A DNA stretch of 64,000 nt from Lobosporangium transversale (taxonomy: Eukaryota). The notes beneath the pieces are model-generated. The model made no database searches, was not told the DNA's origin, and saw nothing but the letters and a program-made list of their open reading frames with translations. Both the position numbers and the translations under genes were made by a program. The stretch lies in the NCBI RefSeq assembly GCF_002105155.1, contig NW_019028992.1, forward strand, positions 558,001-622,000. Direction: 5' to 3'. Of this stretch, positions 1 through 12,900 are shown piece after piece; the first letter of the stretch is position 1, and every line of letters starts with the position of its first letter.

Positions 1-1644
1 TCCTCTCTCTCCGCGTTTAATTAAAGGTAATTACGGTCATTGATTAGCGGATGATGACTCGTTTATGCATTTGATTACCATCCATTTTCTCTGCACCATT
101 TTTTACTTCATTCTGTACACCTCTCTACGCATTTTTTTTTTTTTTTTTTTTTTGCCTCTGCACACCACTTTATTTTTTTGACTCCCTGCCCTTTTTAACT
201 CTCTCCGCAAACCATCTTATTTCCCTCTCTTCAGACCTTTTTTTTAAAGGAAGTGGGGGACGGAACAATGGTTAGTAGTATTCAGCTCCGTCCACATCCC
301 TTTGCATTCTTTCGCACTTTTTTCTTTATCTCTCTTCCTCGATTTACCACACATCTATTAAGAAAAGCAGTGTTTTTTAATCAACGTCGCTCTCTCACTT
401 CACTCTCGATTCTGTCTCCTCCCTGCTCTTTTCTCTCTGTCGAGTATTTCACATTCTTTGTTCTATCATTAATCTATTACTAAGAGAATTACTATTTGTT
501 CCTAATGTTTCTGTTCATGTATATGTAGATATCTAATCAAACTAAGGGATGTAGTTGATTCAATTGATCGCGCTTTGAAGCACTGTATCGCACGTAGCTT
601 CACTTCTTTAGCTCCGGTTGATATACTTCGGGCTCAAATGAGCAGGGGTAGCTATGATATTGGTGGTTATCAGAAAGATTATACATGGCAACCCCGAAAG
701 TGGCGCCTTGTGATCGATCTGTTTGATTGGCACTATTTTTGACTTTTGAATTTGAGTGTAATAGTAATGTAATCTCTAATTGGATTTCCTTACCCTTTCC
801 TTGTATGATATCATAGGAGATGACAGTACCAAAAGCACATATAAAATGGGCGACTACCAAGATTCCACATCAGGAACATGTGTTCTTCCCCAATTTCGTG
901 AGACATTTCAGATTGGCAGACAAGAGATCTGGAATCAAGATGTTTGAAGACCTTTTGGAAGTTCTCACCAATCGCAGTAAAAGTTAACCCTCACGACGTC
1001 CAGACCATTCATACCATCGATAGGTGCATTGAATCACTATGTTGGGAAAAATAACGTTGTATGCTGACCAGGCAGATACTACTGCATTGCACAATGGTTT
1101 CAAAGTCATCCTCTTCGAACGCGCATTACCTCTTGTCAAAAATACTCAAGAACGCTGACAAGGCTTCTTGTAAGAGGAAAGTGGAAGACGCCTGATATAT
1201 AATGTTGAGCAACTAAAATTCTTTCTACTCTGGTTGGGGATCCTTTTCAAGATCCAAGAGTCTATGATTGTACGGTGTTCGGGCTTGAGGACATACTTCA
1301 AAGGTGTTTATGCACTGACTTTCGTTGGTTGATTTCTTTCAAAGTATTTTTAAGCTTCAAAGAGATAATAAAAGCGCGGAAGCCTAGGTATTTTGTTATC
1401 AGGGTATAGCAAATAAACCCCATGATGACCTTGAAGATTTTTGTTATAAAAAAAAGACAGAATAAAAGCAGAAATGCGCCATTGGAGGTATTCGGCGCCA
1501 AACTAGTACGAGTCAGGCGAAAAAGTGAAATACCTCAGTGGGCAATTCGCTATCTGTATATATATATATTCCCTACCAACAAACGCAGCACTAACGAAAC
1601 AGAAGAAGGCCAGGATCAAGGTCAGAGTCAATCATGCTTTTAAC

Positions 1645-2203
1645 CAGTGACTCGTACTGATGTACCGCACATACCTTCTTGCAGTAAAATATACTGATCA
1701 CGTTTCACAAACATTACCCAAGTAAAAGTAAAATATCAAAGTAACTTACCGATTTCTTACCTCTGCAAAAGTTTATTTTCTAAAAATGGTAATCAACCTC
1801 TTTTTATTTGCATGATATTTTGTGGCTTTACCTTGTCATATTCAACATAAACATTTGCAGAAGTAAGAAATCGGTAAAATATCGGTAAGTCACTTACTGA
1901 TATTTTACTCTCAACAGTAAGTTACTGATATTTTACTCTCATCGGTAAGTTACTTACTGATATTTTACTTCCTTCGGTAAGTCACTTACTGATATTTTAC
2001 TTTCATCGGTAAGTCACTTACTGATATTTTACTTTCATCGGTAAGTCACTTACCGATATTTTACTCTCATCGGTAAGTTACTTACTGATATTTTACTTTC
2101 TTCGGTAAGTTACTTACTTTCCTCGGTAAATGTTTGTAAAACATGATCGATATATTTTTCTATATACAAGCAGGAATATGCGGTACATCAGTACGAGTCA
2201 CTG
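1645..2203. mobile_element. Non-autonomous hAT-like MITE
   Basis: Perfect 25-bp TIRs (CAGTGACTCGTACTGATGTACCGCA at 1645-1669, reverse complement at 2179-2203). 8-bp TSD CTTTTAAC at 1637-1644 and 2204-2211. An 8-bp TSD with CAG termini fits hAT. Confidence 0.9.
1883..2128 (+). repeat. Minisatellite of ~31-bp units inside the MITE
   Basis: About 7-8 copies of CGGTAAGT(C/T)ACTTACTGATATTTTACT(T/C)TCAT. Related inverted motifs lie near 1720-1760. Confidence 0.9.
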
Positions 2204-2790
2204 CTTTTAACTCATGTCTGGTCAAGTCAATTGGACTCCGCAAGCTGAGCATCTCAGGCGTTTTGCATTGCTACCTTTAACCTGTACTGAATCCACTACG
2301 TGTCCTTATAACATATTCATTTCCTCCTAAAAAAAAATAAATAAAAAACCCCTGATGCCTCCTAGAAATTGCTCCAGGCTACTCAGACACTTTTAAGCAA
2401 TGCCTTTGGTCGCCCTCATCATGGTACAAAAAAAGTTTTTAACGGCGACCTAAAAGCAATGTCAGAGGTAAAATTACAAGAAATTGAGATTGAAAAAATG
2501 ATAGGGGCATTCCTTCTTTTTTTATTCGGACGGATCAGCAAATCAATGGCCAATCTCATAGCAATAAGTCATAATATATTTTACTGACAGTATTCTATTC
2601 AACCAAGAGATATCTACAATGACCAAGAGAAATACCATTGAGCAGTGCTCTAGAAGGCTTGAAAGAACCTCTTATTTGTTACATGAAGACGAACAAGAAT
2701 CACAAACCATAAATAGCCTAACGCCCTTCCTTTTTGTGCGTAAAGGTAGGCTGGTGACGAGCCTACATAAAGGCTCATTAATAAGTTTAG

Positions 2791-4504
2791 GGAAAAAGAT
2801 ATTTGCACGGGGGCCATACAAATATTTAAAAAATCCATTTGCACTGCCCCGTACACACCTTATTTACACCGCTCCCCCCGTGCAAATAAAAAAAAATTAT
2901 TTGCACGGGTCTTTTTTTTATTTGTACAGGGTCTTTATTTCAGTCCTAAATACCATAATCAGGAAGCCTTCCACGACACAGGCTTAGATCTAGAGCCGCT
3001 GCCTAAGCATCAAATACTAACCAGAATATTTATCTTATCAAGGTCGTATGTAGCTCAGAGTAGATGTTGGCATTCTTTATGCGACTCTGGGACTAAATAC
3101 AGAATTACAAATGATTTATCTATAATTGAAATATACTATGCCACTCTACTTTGAACTTTTGTTGGCCGTGTTACTATAGATTGTAGATGGTTCCCCGACA
3201 CTTTCTTTCATTTAGCGCGTGCATACATCTCTAGTATTTCCGTACACTATTAAGCACACAACGATGAGTTCAGTTATTAGGAACCTCTAATGTGTAATTT
3301 GTTTCGGTAGATATACAAACAATCATACTACCATACCCATTGCTATGATGAATAGCGTGCCATGTTACTACTCTCTTTCTTTTTCTCTTATATGTCCTTA
3401 TCTCTGTCATTCTTTATTAAGAGCTCAAGCGTCCTTGGTACTATTTTTTGTTTATCAAATTCATCAAAATACAATGGGTAGACCGCAGTTTGTTTTGTGG
3501 AATATCTATCCCCTCACCCGTTTGTAATCCGAGATATTACTTTTCTTTTAATAGGTGGCGCAGTTCGCACTCAAAGCCGATCGTGCCACAATTACCTTTA
3601 TCCCTATATCTAAATAGCTAGAATACTTTAATAGTATAACCGTGACTTATAGTGATAGAAAAAGAGGCATAAATACTCTTTTCTGTTACATTGATAAAGA
3701 TCCTTATTTTTGTCTCATTGCATTTCAAGTTTGTTACCATGTTCAATCAGGGTTGATTTTTCACCAATAATAGCCAGAACTTACCTCGAGTCGTCTTTAG
3801 CACGCAGTGCCGCATACTCAGCAGCGTATGTAGATGCTCACTAGCTTCATATTGTATAACCACCTGAAAGAAAGTTAGGTCAAAAAAATAAAATTTTCAA
3901 ATGGTTATGAAGAGAAGCACTGTCTTCAATCCTATTTCTTACTGTTTTCAGTCAGCATGTACTGTCCAAAAACTTCAGTGATTATCCACATTGGCCTCAT
4001 TAATAAAAACGTAAATTTCCATCTTGGTTGATGAAGTATTTTTGTATGTCACAAATGAGCTGTTTGTCAGAGATTCAAAATAAAAAAATAATAAATAGCC
4101 CGCTTTGACCAGACTTTCTTTTGGGTGATTGTAGAGCGGAATAGAGCGTGAAAAATATTTTATAGATAGATAGTAAGCAGTAGAAAAGTAAGTGAGAGTA
4201 AGGTATGGGCCCACACCACATCCATAGAGTATTTGTTCATTTTCTACTAGAGGGACATACCAGGTAACTACGTACCTATCTGTAGGATCATAATATTGCA
4301 TACTATGGAATATGCAACAGGGCGCGATGAGTATCACAGCTCCCACGGCGCTGCAACTCCCAAAAGTAATAATTCCAGACTCCCCTCTACTCTAGACTGA
4401 CCTTCGCTTATCTCCTTCGAAATAAAAGCTAGAATCATGTAATCTGTAGGATACACGTTGCTGCTTGTAGATGAAATAGAGACCCCGTGCAAATAACTTC
4501 ATCC
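2791..4504. mobile_element. Degenerate Mutator-like non-autonomous element
   Basis: Imperfect 22-bp TIRs (GGAAAAAGATATTTGCACGGGG vs reverse complement GGATGAAGTTATTTGCACGGGG, 19/22). Candidate 9-bp TSD TAAGTTTAG/TAAGTTCAA (7/9). Subterminal TATTTGCACGGG motifs. No transposase ORF. Confidence 0.45.
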
Positions 4505-4605
4505 TAAGTTCAAAAAGAAAAACGAGAAAAGGCGGACATTCCCGAGAGAATACTTTCCAAAACTTAACCATGAAAGACAAGACAACAGGGAAAGTTGACA
4601 AACAT

Positions 4606-5323
4606 GGATTAATCTATTTGGCAGCCTAGTTGCTAAATATTATTTGGCAGCCCATTGCCAAATATAATCAACTTTCAAGACTCTCTTTGGCAGCCCAGTT
4701 GCCAAATAACATTCATTATTTACTTGGCAGCCTACCCAGCGTTATTTGGCCTCTAACTATTTTTTTTTTTTTTTTTTTTTTTCATTCCTAGGAACCGTAT
4801 ATGTATATAACGCTCATACTTTAAATTAATACAGCTCCCGTCTTCTACGTCATAGTCATGTGTAGTGACATTGTCTTGTCTCATTTAGAAAACTAATCTT
4901 TTTTTTTTTTTTTTTTTTTTTTTCAAGTAGGTCGCTCATACAGTTTTGGAGGTGCCATTTGGAGATCAATGCCTATGAGAGGTTTTCGCTCGGAGCAAAC
5001 GCGTCTCACCTACTACCTAGACGTCTTCAATAAACCATTCCCTAACCGTGTACATTGAAGGCTGTTTTGTGAAGATGTCATCGCCGCTGCCCTTAGTACC
5101 TCCGGCGGCATTAGCTGTGCAAGGCAATGTATCCACAGAACGCTGCCTGTTTTACCACTGATGCTATGACACTGTTATAAAAAAAAAAAAAAAAAAAAGT
5201 AATGTATTTGGCAGCCCAGCTGCCACCCAAGAGTGCGAAGTTAAGTGGCAGCCCCCAGAAGTAGGCTGCCAAATAGAGGCAAAAATTACTATATTTGGCA
5301 TGGGCTGCCAAATAGATTAATCC
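4606..5323. mobile_element. Mutator (MULE)-like MITE
   Basis: Perfect 21-bp TIRs GGATTAATCTATTTGGCAGCC (4606-4626 and 5303-5323). Perfect 9-bp TSD GACAAACAT (4597-4605 and 5324-5332). Many subterminal TTTGGCAGCC motifs. Confidence 0.9.
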
Positions 5324-5360
5324 GACAAACATAGGCTTATTGAAGTAGCTAAAAAAGCAT

Positions 5361-5441
5361 CGTCAACAGCAGGATTTGAACCTGCGCGGGAGATCCCATG
5401 AGATTTCGAGTCTCACGCCTTAACCGCTCGGCCATGTTGAC
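5361..5441 (-). tRNA. tRNA-Ser, anticodon CGA
   Basis: Minus strand folds into a full cloverleaf: acceptor GTCAACA/TGTTGAC, anticodon arm TGAGA-CTCGAAA-TCTCA, long variable arm, T arm GCAGG-TTCAAAT-CCTGC, discriminator G. A TTTTTT Pol III terminator follows. Confidence 0.96.
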
Positions 5442-5881
5442 ATGATGAGGTCGGCAAACCAATTAAGAGTAAGCACGGTTCCGTAGTGTCGTAGAGCATC
5501 TACTAGTGATCTCTGGAAACTAGTAGGTAATAATGAAAAATGAAGAATTGGGCAAGAGCCTCGTGGTTTTGGGATACGATAGTGATCCTAAGTAATGCTT
5601 TGAATGATTTTGAGGATGCTGCAAAAGGGCATCGATAATAAGAAGAGAGATCTTTAATAACTGCTAATTTTCTGAGAATTCATAATGAGAATAATGAAGA
5701 TAAACTCACCTGCAAAAGGGCATCGATAATAAGAAGAGAGATGCCGTTTTTGCAGTGAAGGAAAAAGCTACTTAAATACTATTTAAAAATGGTAGAAAAT
5801 AGGATGATAGGAAATAAATAAATTGAAAGGAAATACATATTTAGGTAAATGAATAGGCGTCATTTACGACAGTAGTTCCGT

Positions 5882-7394
5882 GGTGGGCAGCCATTTCGAG
5901 AGCGCTCTTTAAGCAGGGCGGGAAGGTAACTGTGAAATGGGTCAAGGGCCATGCTGGGAATAGAGGCAATATAAGGGCAGACCAAGCCGCCAAAGATGCT
6001 CATTTTAGCGAAATGTGGACAATCAAAGTACTGGAACACAACGATCTGCGCTGCCACGCTATTTTCGAGAACGAGGTGGTGGAGGATGATCTTAGACACC
6101 TGCTAAAACTCCAATCAGCAGTGAGAACACATTACTTGTGGGCGTCTCAGAACAGAGTCAGGAATTATATTGCAGACTGGCGAGAAGTAGAATGGAAAGC
6201 AAGCCTGCATATTCTTCACGATGGCAACACGCCTAGAGGCCTCTTCACCAGCCCAGCAGATTGTCACAAGAGAGCGCACAGAATAAAGAAGGTCCATGGT
6301 ATGCTTCCTACACTCACTTATATGAGGCAGTGGCGACCGGACCTGTATGAGACTGACATCTGCAGGATGTGTGAACAGGAGCAGGAGGACATAGAACACC
6401 TCTGGCGATGTCCCATGACACTGGACGAGCAATTGAAAGGTTGGAAGCAGGCCATAGAACTCATCACGAAGGATGGCAAAAGAGCATTAGTGAAGGAGAA
6501 GAAGCTCTGGGAAGACAAACAAGGGAAAACACAGGAGCCAAACCTGAATAAAGGAGGCCCCTCGTTTACACCTGTAGCCGACAACGTGATTTGGGGCTCT
6601 TTGGAAGCGATGTTCAAGGGCGTCAGAGAGATTCGACATGCGAGCACTCTGTTTGGTGAGGAAGATGTGGATATGGGACGGAGGAACGAGGGTGAGCATG
6701 CCCACTGGACTGTCCAAGACTTGTACCACGGTTTGGTGCCGAAGGAACTGATACAAAAATGGAAGACGATCTTCAGAACCACAGCATCGATCTCAAGGTA
6801 CATTGTTTGCCGCTTTGTCAAGTCAATCGAGGAACTCGGCAGGACTGAAATCTGGAACAGACGCTGCAAAGTCACCGTCAACTGGGAAAGAGAAAATGGT
6901 ATCACCTCTGTGAGCAAACGCGCCAGGGGACGCAACTGTGTTGGGAGGCACAGACGTAGCAGAGGTGAATTCTTTGGCTCTCACCAGGGACAACGACGAA
7001 CAGCAGATGTGAAGGCGATCAGGACTGAGGCAGACCGGCGAGTGGCGGCAAGCTACCGGCAGCAGGTGGAATTGGCGATTATGGAGCGCCTGGAAAGCTG
7101 TAAATTTTTGATGATTGAGGACAGCGGCTAAAGGATGACCTTCGCGCACAACAGGCCAAGTAGGGAGTAGAGCCGTGCCACAGGTCCTCTGGGACCAAGG
7201 AAGTCTACTCAATGCTGACGTGGTTTATGAACAGGATGTAGTACTGTGGCAGTATGACGATGCGGCTTCGGCCGATTATTGGATACCGCTTTATTTGCGA
7301 CCCCAGTAATGGGGCAACCCATTTATAGAGCTAACATCTAAATAAATCCTACATGACCTCGTGGGTCCTTGTTATCAAAAAAAAAAAAAAAAAA
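5882..7394 (+). mobile_element. 5'-truncated non-LTR retrotransposon (LINE) with RNase H remnant, zinc knuckle, 3' UTR and poly(A)
   Basis: ORF 5932-7131 has the RNase H C-terminal motif WVKGHAGNRGNIRADQAAK and CRMC...EDIEHLWRC. Poly(A) at ~7377-7394. Perfect 20-bp TSD ATTTACGACAGTAGTTCCGT at 5862-5881 and 7395-7414. Confidence 0.93.
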
Positions 7395-7525
7395 ATTTAC
7401 GACAGTAGTTCCGTAGTTCCGTCGGTATTAGTAAATTATGTAATTATGACTCATTCCTTAAGTGCACACTCCGCAAATGCACGTTCCGCGATATAAAATA
7501 TAAAAAAATAAAGGCCACGTCGGAA

Positions 7526-8161
7526 TCGTCAGGGCACCCCCCTGTCTAGCCCAGGGGCCGGGTTCGAGTCCTGGTTAAGGCACATAAAGTGAAGCAAACA
7601 TGTGCCAGGTCAGGGATTTGCTTGAGTTTTTATACTTTCTCTCCGAGACAGCCTAGTGTTCTCCGCTAAGGCTAAGATCGTGGGTGCACTACCCTAAGTC
7701 GCCTGGCTGGCCACATGTCTTAGGTATATATTCCACCCCCCAGCCGAACCAGCGGTACATCTGGCAGCACATCCCCCCATCCACCCACTTGACTAGGACA
7801 GCGATGATCACAAAGTTTGACGGAGTCCAAAGTAGAAATTTCAGACCAATCCCGCAAGATTTGGGTCCACATGCCAGTGGATTTGATCGAATAGAAAAGT
7901 TAAAGTCGTCCTTAGCTAGAGTTGGCACGCCAGCCTCCGCGGCTTTTCACGGGCGCAACAGGCCACATCGGAAGGATGGACTTCGAGTACCGATCACGGT
8001 GTACATTGGTAGAGAAAAACATGGATACGAATTGGCTCTTCACAGCCATACCGTGCGAACTTTGAGAGTTTCGCTTGTTTCATATTTGAGGGCGATATCA
8101 TTACTTTAGAGCGAGATTATGAAATAAAATTCCTCGCCTCTGTGGGTTCTTGTTAACACGG
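7526..8161 (+). mobile_element. Candidate tRNA-derived SINE with LINE-like 3' end
   Basis: tRNA-like T arm/B box CCGGG-TTCGAGT-CCTGG at 7558-7574. Segment ~7950-8000 resembles the LINE 3' UTR at ~8917-8965, and the 3' tail resembles both LINE ends. Flanked by the 19-bp direct repeat AATAAAGGCCACGTCGGAA (7507-7525 and 8162-8180). Confidence 0.55.
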
Positions 8162-8180
8162 AATAAAGGCCACGTCGGAA

Positions 8181-9119
8181 AGGAGCACCTTTTTGGATCT
8201 CTCAAAGATATTGGCACTGAAAGAGTAAGTATGGCATTTGGTGTGGTAGTCCAGACACAAGAGGGTGATTTTTACACTGCGCTATCTGGTAGAGTAGCAG
8301 GCAACGCATCCTCGACAAAGGCAGAGCTAGCTGGTTTGTTGGCAGGAATACTTATCAGCCCACGAAACAGACCTATGACAATCCGACTCGATAACAGCGC
8401 AGTTGTGACTCAATTCCGAGCATTGGTCCGAGGCAGAGTGGATAGCACGTTGCGACAACGTATTAGATCACCGTATGCAGTATGGTGGGCAGCTATACAC
8501 AACGCATTTATTCAACAAGGATCGGAGGTCACGGTCGAGTGGGTCAAAGGACATGCCGGCAACCGAGGGAACGAAGAAGCGGACGAAGCAGCAAAACATG
8601 GACATTATGGCGAGCTATGGGATATCAAGGTAACTGTCCCGGACTCGGTCATCCGCGATCTTGTAGATCTCTTTTACATTCAACTTCTGTCTTTGTCTGA
8701 GGGAAGGGACAAGGAAATCATTGCTACTACGTCTGTGCTCCCCAACACAGTTGCGTCCTCTAGCGCGTTTGCTCATAGCAGTGATTCCACGAGCCTTTTC
8801 CCATTCAACGGTGACTTTACACCGTTTGTTCCAGGGGAAAACCAAACTGGACGTGATGGAGCGGCTAGGTGGAATGAAGTTTTTGATGACTATGGATAGC
8901 GGATAATTTGTCGCGTTGCGCAACAGGCCACGTCGGAAAGGTGGACTTTGAGTACCAACCACGGCGGTCAGGGTTTATGAAATCATGGATGCAGCGGCTC
9001 TTGCCGTTTGTGCAGTAATAACTATTTATTGACTATAGTTTCTGGAGCATTTTGTTCATAGAGTGTAGAAAATAAGTCCCATGACCCTGAGGATCCTTGT
9101 TGTCAAAAAAAAAAAAAAA
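8181..9119 (+). mobile_element. Rearranged LINE fragment (RNase H, inverted internal block, C-terminus, poly(A))
   Basis: RNase H motifs SSTKAELAG, IRLDNSAVV and WVKGHAGNRGNEEADEAAK. Block ~8630-8830 is homologous to the first LINE on the opposite strand. Ends LDVMERLGGMKFLMTMDSG*, with poly(A) at ~9105-9119. The 5' boundary is approximate. Confidence 0.85.
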
Positions 9120-9387
9120 TAATAATAATAATAGGGTAACCCATTTATAGAGCCTATTTCTAATTAAGTCTACATGACCTATCAAAAAAATAGCATAATG
9201 TCAGAATACATAGACATGGTTGTTTCTCAACTTTCACTTGAAAGTATGACATTTTACTTTATTCATTCCATGAGAAAAAAAACAAGGAGAAGCATTAGGT
9301 GTCGATAAATAATCATTGTATACATTTACAGAAGGCTTTAAAGTGAAAAATGAATCGTAACAATGGCTGATGTTTGCTAATCGGAGC

Positions 9388-9538
9388 CTAATCCCAGGCA
9401 TCGTCGACATCAAGCAAATGATATAGTTCTTCAGTTGCCTGACGTAGAGCTACACTCTCAGCTATTTCTCTCCTTTGGCTCAATAGCTATTAAGATTGGA
9501 AAGCAAAGCATTAAGTTAAGTTTTTTTGTCTGCATAAG

Positions 9539-9569
<31 letters not shown>

Positions 9570-9946
9570 ACTTCAATACGTGATAACGTGTTTTTGATGA
9601 CATTCTCACGTTGACTCAATTGTTGTTGCAGTTGGTAGCATTGAGCATTCGCTGCATCAAGTTCTCGTAACGCTGAACGCGTCTTTTCTCGCTCCTTCTC
9701 TGTTGCTTTAGACCGTTGTTCCAATTCATTTCGAAGTTGATCATTCATTTTGAATAGACCCACTTCAGTTGCGGATCGTACCAATGAAGAAGCAGAGTTT
9801 TGACGGTTTAGTTGCTCCGAAGCATATAGTGATGAGCCTGTGGCTCCATTGGATTCTTCCTTGCCTTTCTGATGAATATCGACCAATTGCTGTAATTGCG
9901 CATTTTTGCGCTGTAGATTATCTATAGTCTTTTGAGCATTCCTACA

Positions 9947-9978
<32 letters not shown>

Positions 9979-12900
9979 AGTGAAATTGGAAAGTAGTTAG
10001 TAAACGGAACAAAATTAAGAAATAAAAAGTAAAGAAAAGAAAAGGAAGAAAAGGAAGAAAACCTACTCATTTTCACGCGAAAGCCCAGCAACCCTCTCTT
10101 TAGCTCCCTGGCGCTCGCGCTTCACTCGTTCCTCTGCTTCTTTAGTTCTCTTTTCGAGCTCACGTAGTCGTGCGTTCCATCGTTCTTCCGCATCCATCGA
10201 GCGCGTCTTTTCGAGCTGAAGTTTGCGCTCTGCATGTTTGCAACGAGCCTCATAGTCTTGTGCTCGACTATCAGACACAGAACCCGCATAAGCCTTGAGC
10301 TCTAGAATTGTCTTTGTCAGCTGTTGCAATTTAGACTTGTAAAAAAAAAAAAAAGAAATCATATCAATCAAGGTGCTCTCAGGTATTCCAGTGAATGGCA
10401 TAATATGGTGATATCGCAAACTGGAAAAATTGGAAAATGTAGGTCAAGTGGCTCGAGGTTTGCACAAAAATTATGGGCAACAACTCTTTTCAGATGATCT
10501 GTAGTTATTCTTCGAAGGTTATCCTGTAACCTTTCCATTTCTAGCAGATAAGGTCACTGCGCCGGTCCATGTGCTCGTTTTTTGTTCTCAAGCGAACTTG
10601 AAGAAACAAATAACAAGAACTCCATGACCGGTCTCTTCGTATTTGAGCACACTGAGATGCAAAGGCATTGTGGGCTTGATATATACAGCAAATGGAAGAA
10701 AAAAAAAGATTGGCCTCGTGGACATGGGTTAACAATACCTGAAGCTCCTCATTCTCTGTTTGTTTCTTGATTAATTGCTCGCGCCATTTCCGTTGGCGAT
10801 CTGCTGCTGTGCGCACGATAGTCTCAAAGCGGTCTAGTTGCTTCAGTTTGAGATCTAGTTGCTTTTTCAACTGACTGGTAGGGGCAAAGAAAAAAAATGA
10901 ATTAATAAAATGGTTAGTTATTTGGTGCACAAGTTTTCATATAGTTCAAAAGATTCTTTTAGTGTCGAAAATGTTACTTCATCTGCCCGATTGATTTGTC
11001 CTCTAGCTCCTTGCCCTTCTTTTCAAATAAGATGAACAGCTTGCTGAGGGATTTGAGACGTGAGATTAGATGGTTTGTGAAATAAACAAAATTAGCGGAA
11101 GGTTTCGGGAGCATGTCGCTGTCCAGTTGACTATCACCGCCGAGAATACTCTCGAGGTGCTGTAGAACAGTGAGGAGGAGTGAGTTTCGCTCAGTGAGAT
11201 CATTCTTAGTGGACTCTTCCAAAACGTCATCGTCTCGTTGTTTCTGAGTGACTTGAAGCTCCAGCTCCTTAAGGCGTGACTTCATCATCGCAATAGTAGC
11301 TGCACTGTCGCGAAGGGCTGTTTCTAGCCGCTCCTTTTCCTCCTCAAGGGCAGCGACGGAAACATTCAATTTTCTTGTTTTAACGTTCTATATTTATGGC
11401 ATATGGAAGTGTTAAAAGTGTTCCCACAGGAGGCACAAGATTCTAACGAGGTATAAAAATTAATGCCAATTACATCGCGAGCACTAGAGGGCTTACCAAA
11501 CGATCCACTTCGTTAGAGCGAGAATGAAGAAGATCATTCTTTTCTACCCGGTTTGCCTTGATCTGCTCGACTTCCTGCCTGATATCCAAAAGAGCAGCTG
11601 TAGTAGCCTCCAAGTCCTACAAATAGCAATTTGAACACCGCTGTTAGCGGGATAGCATGATTGACCATCACAAATAAAAGGCTATAAACGAGACTATGTT
11701 GCTCACCGAATTCAACTTGTATTCCATTTCTTCGTGACGTTCTTCTACCTCTCGCGATTGTCTTAAGGCACGCTTGAGATGTTCCTCATAATACCGCACG
11801 TCGTTGTCGCGATCTTTCAAATCGTTCGCAAGTTGTGAAATTTCTTCTGAAGCCATGGCGAGTTTCTGTGACAAAAAAAGGGAAAAGAAGTACCATTTGA
11901 GGGGCCATGGCCTTGAATTATAAGCACAACAATTCAAAGGAAATCAAAAGACCTACATCCTGCAACTCATCAATCCGCTCGTTGTATCCTCTCTCTAATT
12001 GCTGACGTTCCTCGTCCCATTGCTGATAATTATTGGGATGGCGACCGCGCTGTAGCTTCTCTGATGCCATCCTTTGGTCAATCTCAATACGAAGTTGCGT
12101 CTCAAGTTTCCGGTTCTGCTCTTCAATTAATGCCAACTCTTCACGCATCATCTGAAAGTCATGAAGTGATACTGATTCGGCAGCCAAGTTGGCAGAAGAG
12201 CCCGGTTGCATTTTCTAGCCGTAATTGGAAGATGATAACCTCACATTCAGCAAGACCACTTTGAAAACCATCGCTCTGAGAAGATAAACTAAAACCATGA
12301 GGGAAAATTAAGAGAAAAAAAGAAGTTTCCTACCGACTTCATCCTTGTAATCACTTCATCATGGATAGCGTCAGCCTCACGCCGGGCCATTTCCATTTGC
12401 TCTAAACGGTCCTCCAGCTCCATTATTTTGCCTTCCCGCAACTGCAGCGCACCGTTAGCGCTCTGGAGATCTTCTTGTAGTTGTATTAATTCCGCTGTCT
12501 TGTCTTCTAGCTCTCCGACAAGATCCGCAAGCTCTTGATCGTGTCGAGCAGCATCTTCATTACGCCATGCCATTAGATCTTGTAACTGGGCTTCGAGTTG
12601 ATCATTCATCTTACGAAGTTCTTCGAGGTCGATGTTCAAATCATTAATCTGACCTCGCATCTGTTGGCGATCTAGCGTCCAACGATCTGATAGCGCATTC
12701 ATGTCGTTAGTATGCATATCCTGAACCTGGCGCAATTGTTCTCTTTCATCTTCCAACTGATGCGAAAGTTCTGCAATATCAAGCCTGGCCTTTGAAAGCT
12801 CATCCCTGTGTTGTTCAATCTGAAGATTCATATCCTGTTCATATGCAGCCTTCTCAGATCTCATCAGTGAGAGCTCCTATCAGTTTAAACAATTGTCTCA

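Noticed and set aside
540..1500. Possible decayed coding sequence on the minus strand
   Set aside because: Fragmented by stops, with no motif I can assign.
5619..5742. 33-bp direct repeat CTGCAAAAGGGCATCGATAATAAGAAGAGAGAT
   Set aside because: A simple local duplication with only two copies and no further structure.
6115..7212. Minus-strand ORFs over the LINE
   Set aside because: Antisense shadows of the LINE ORF.
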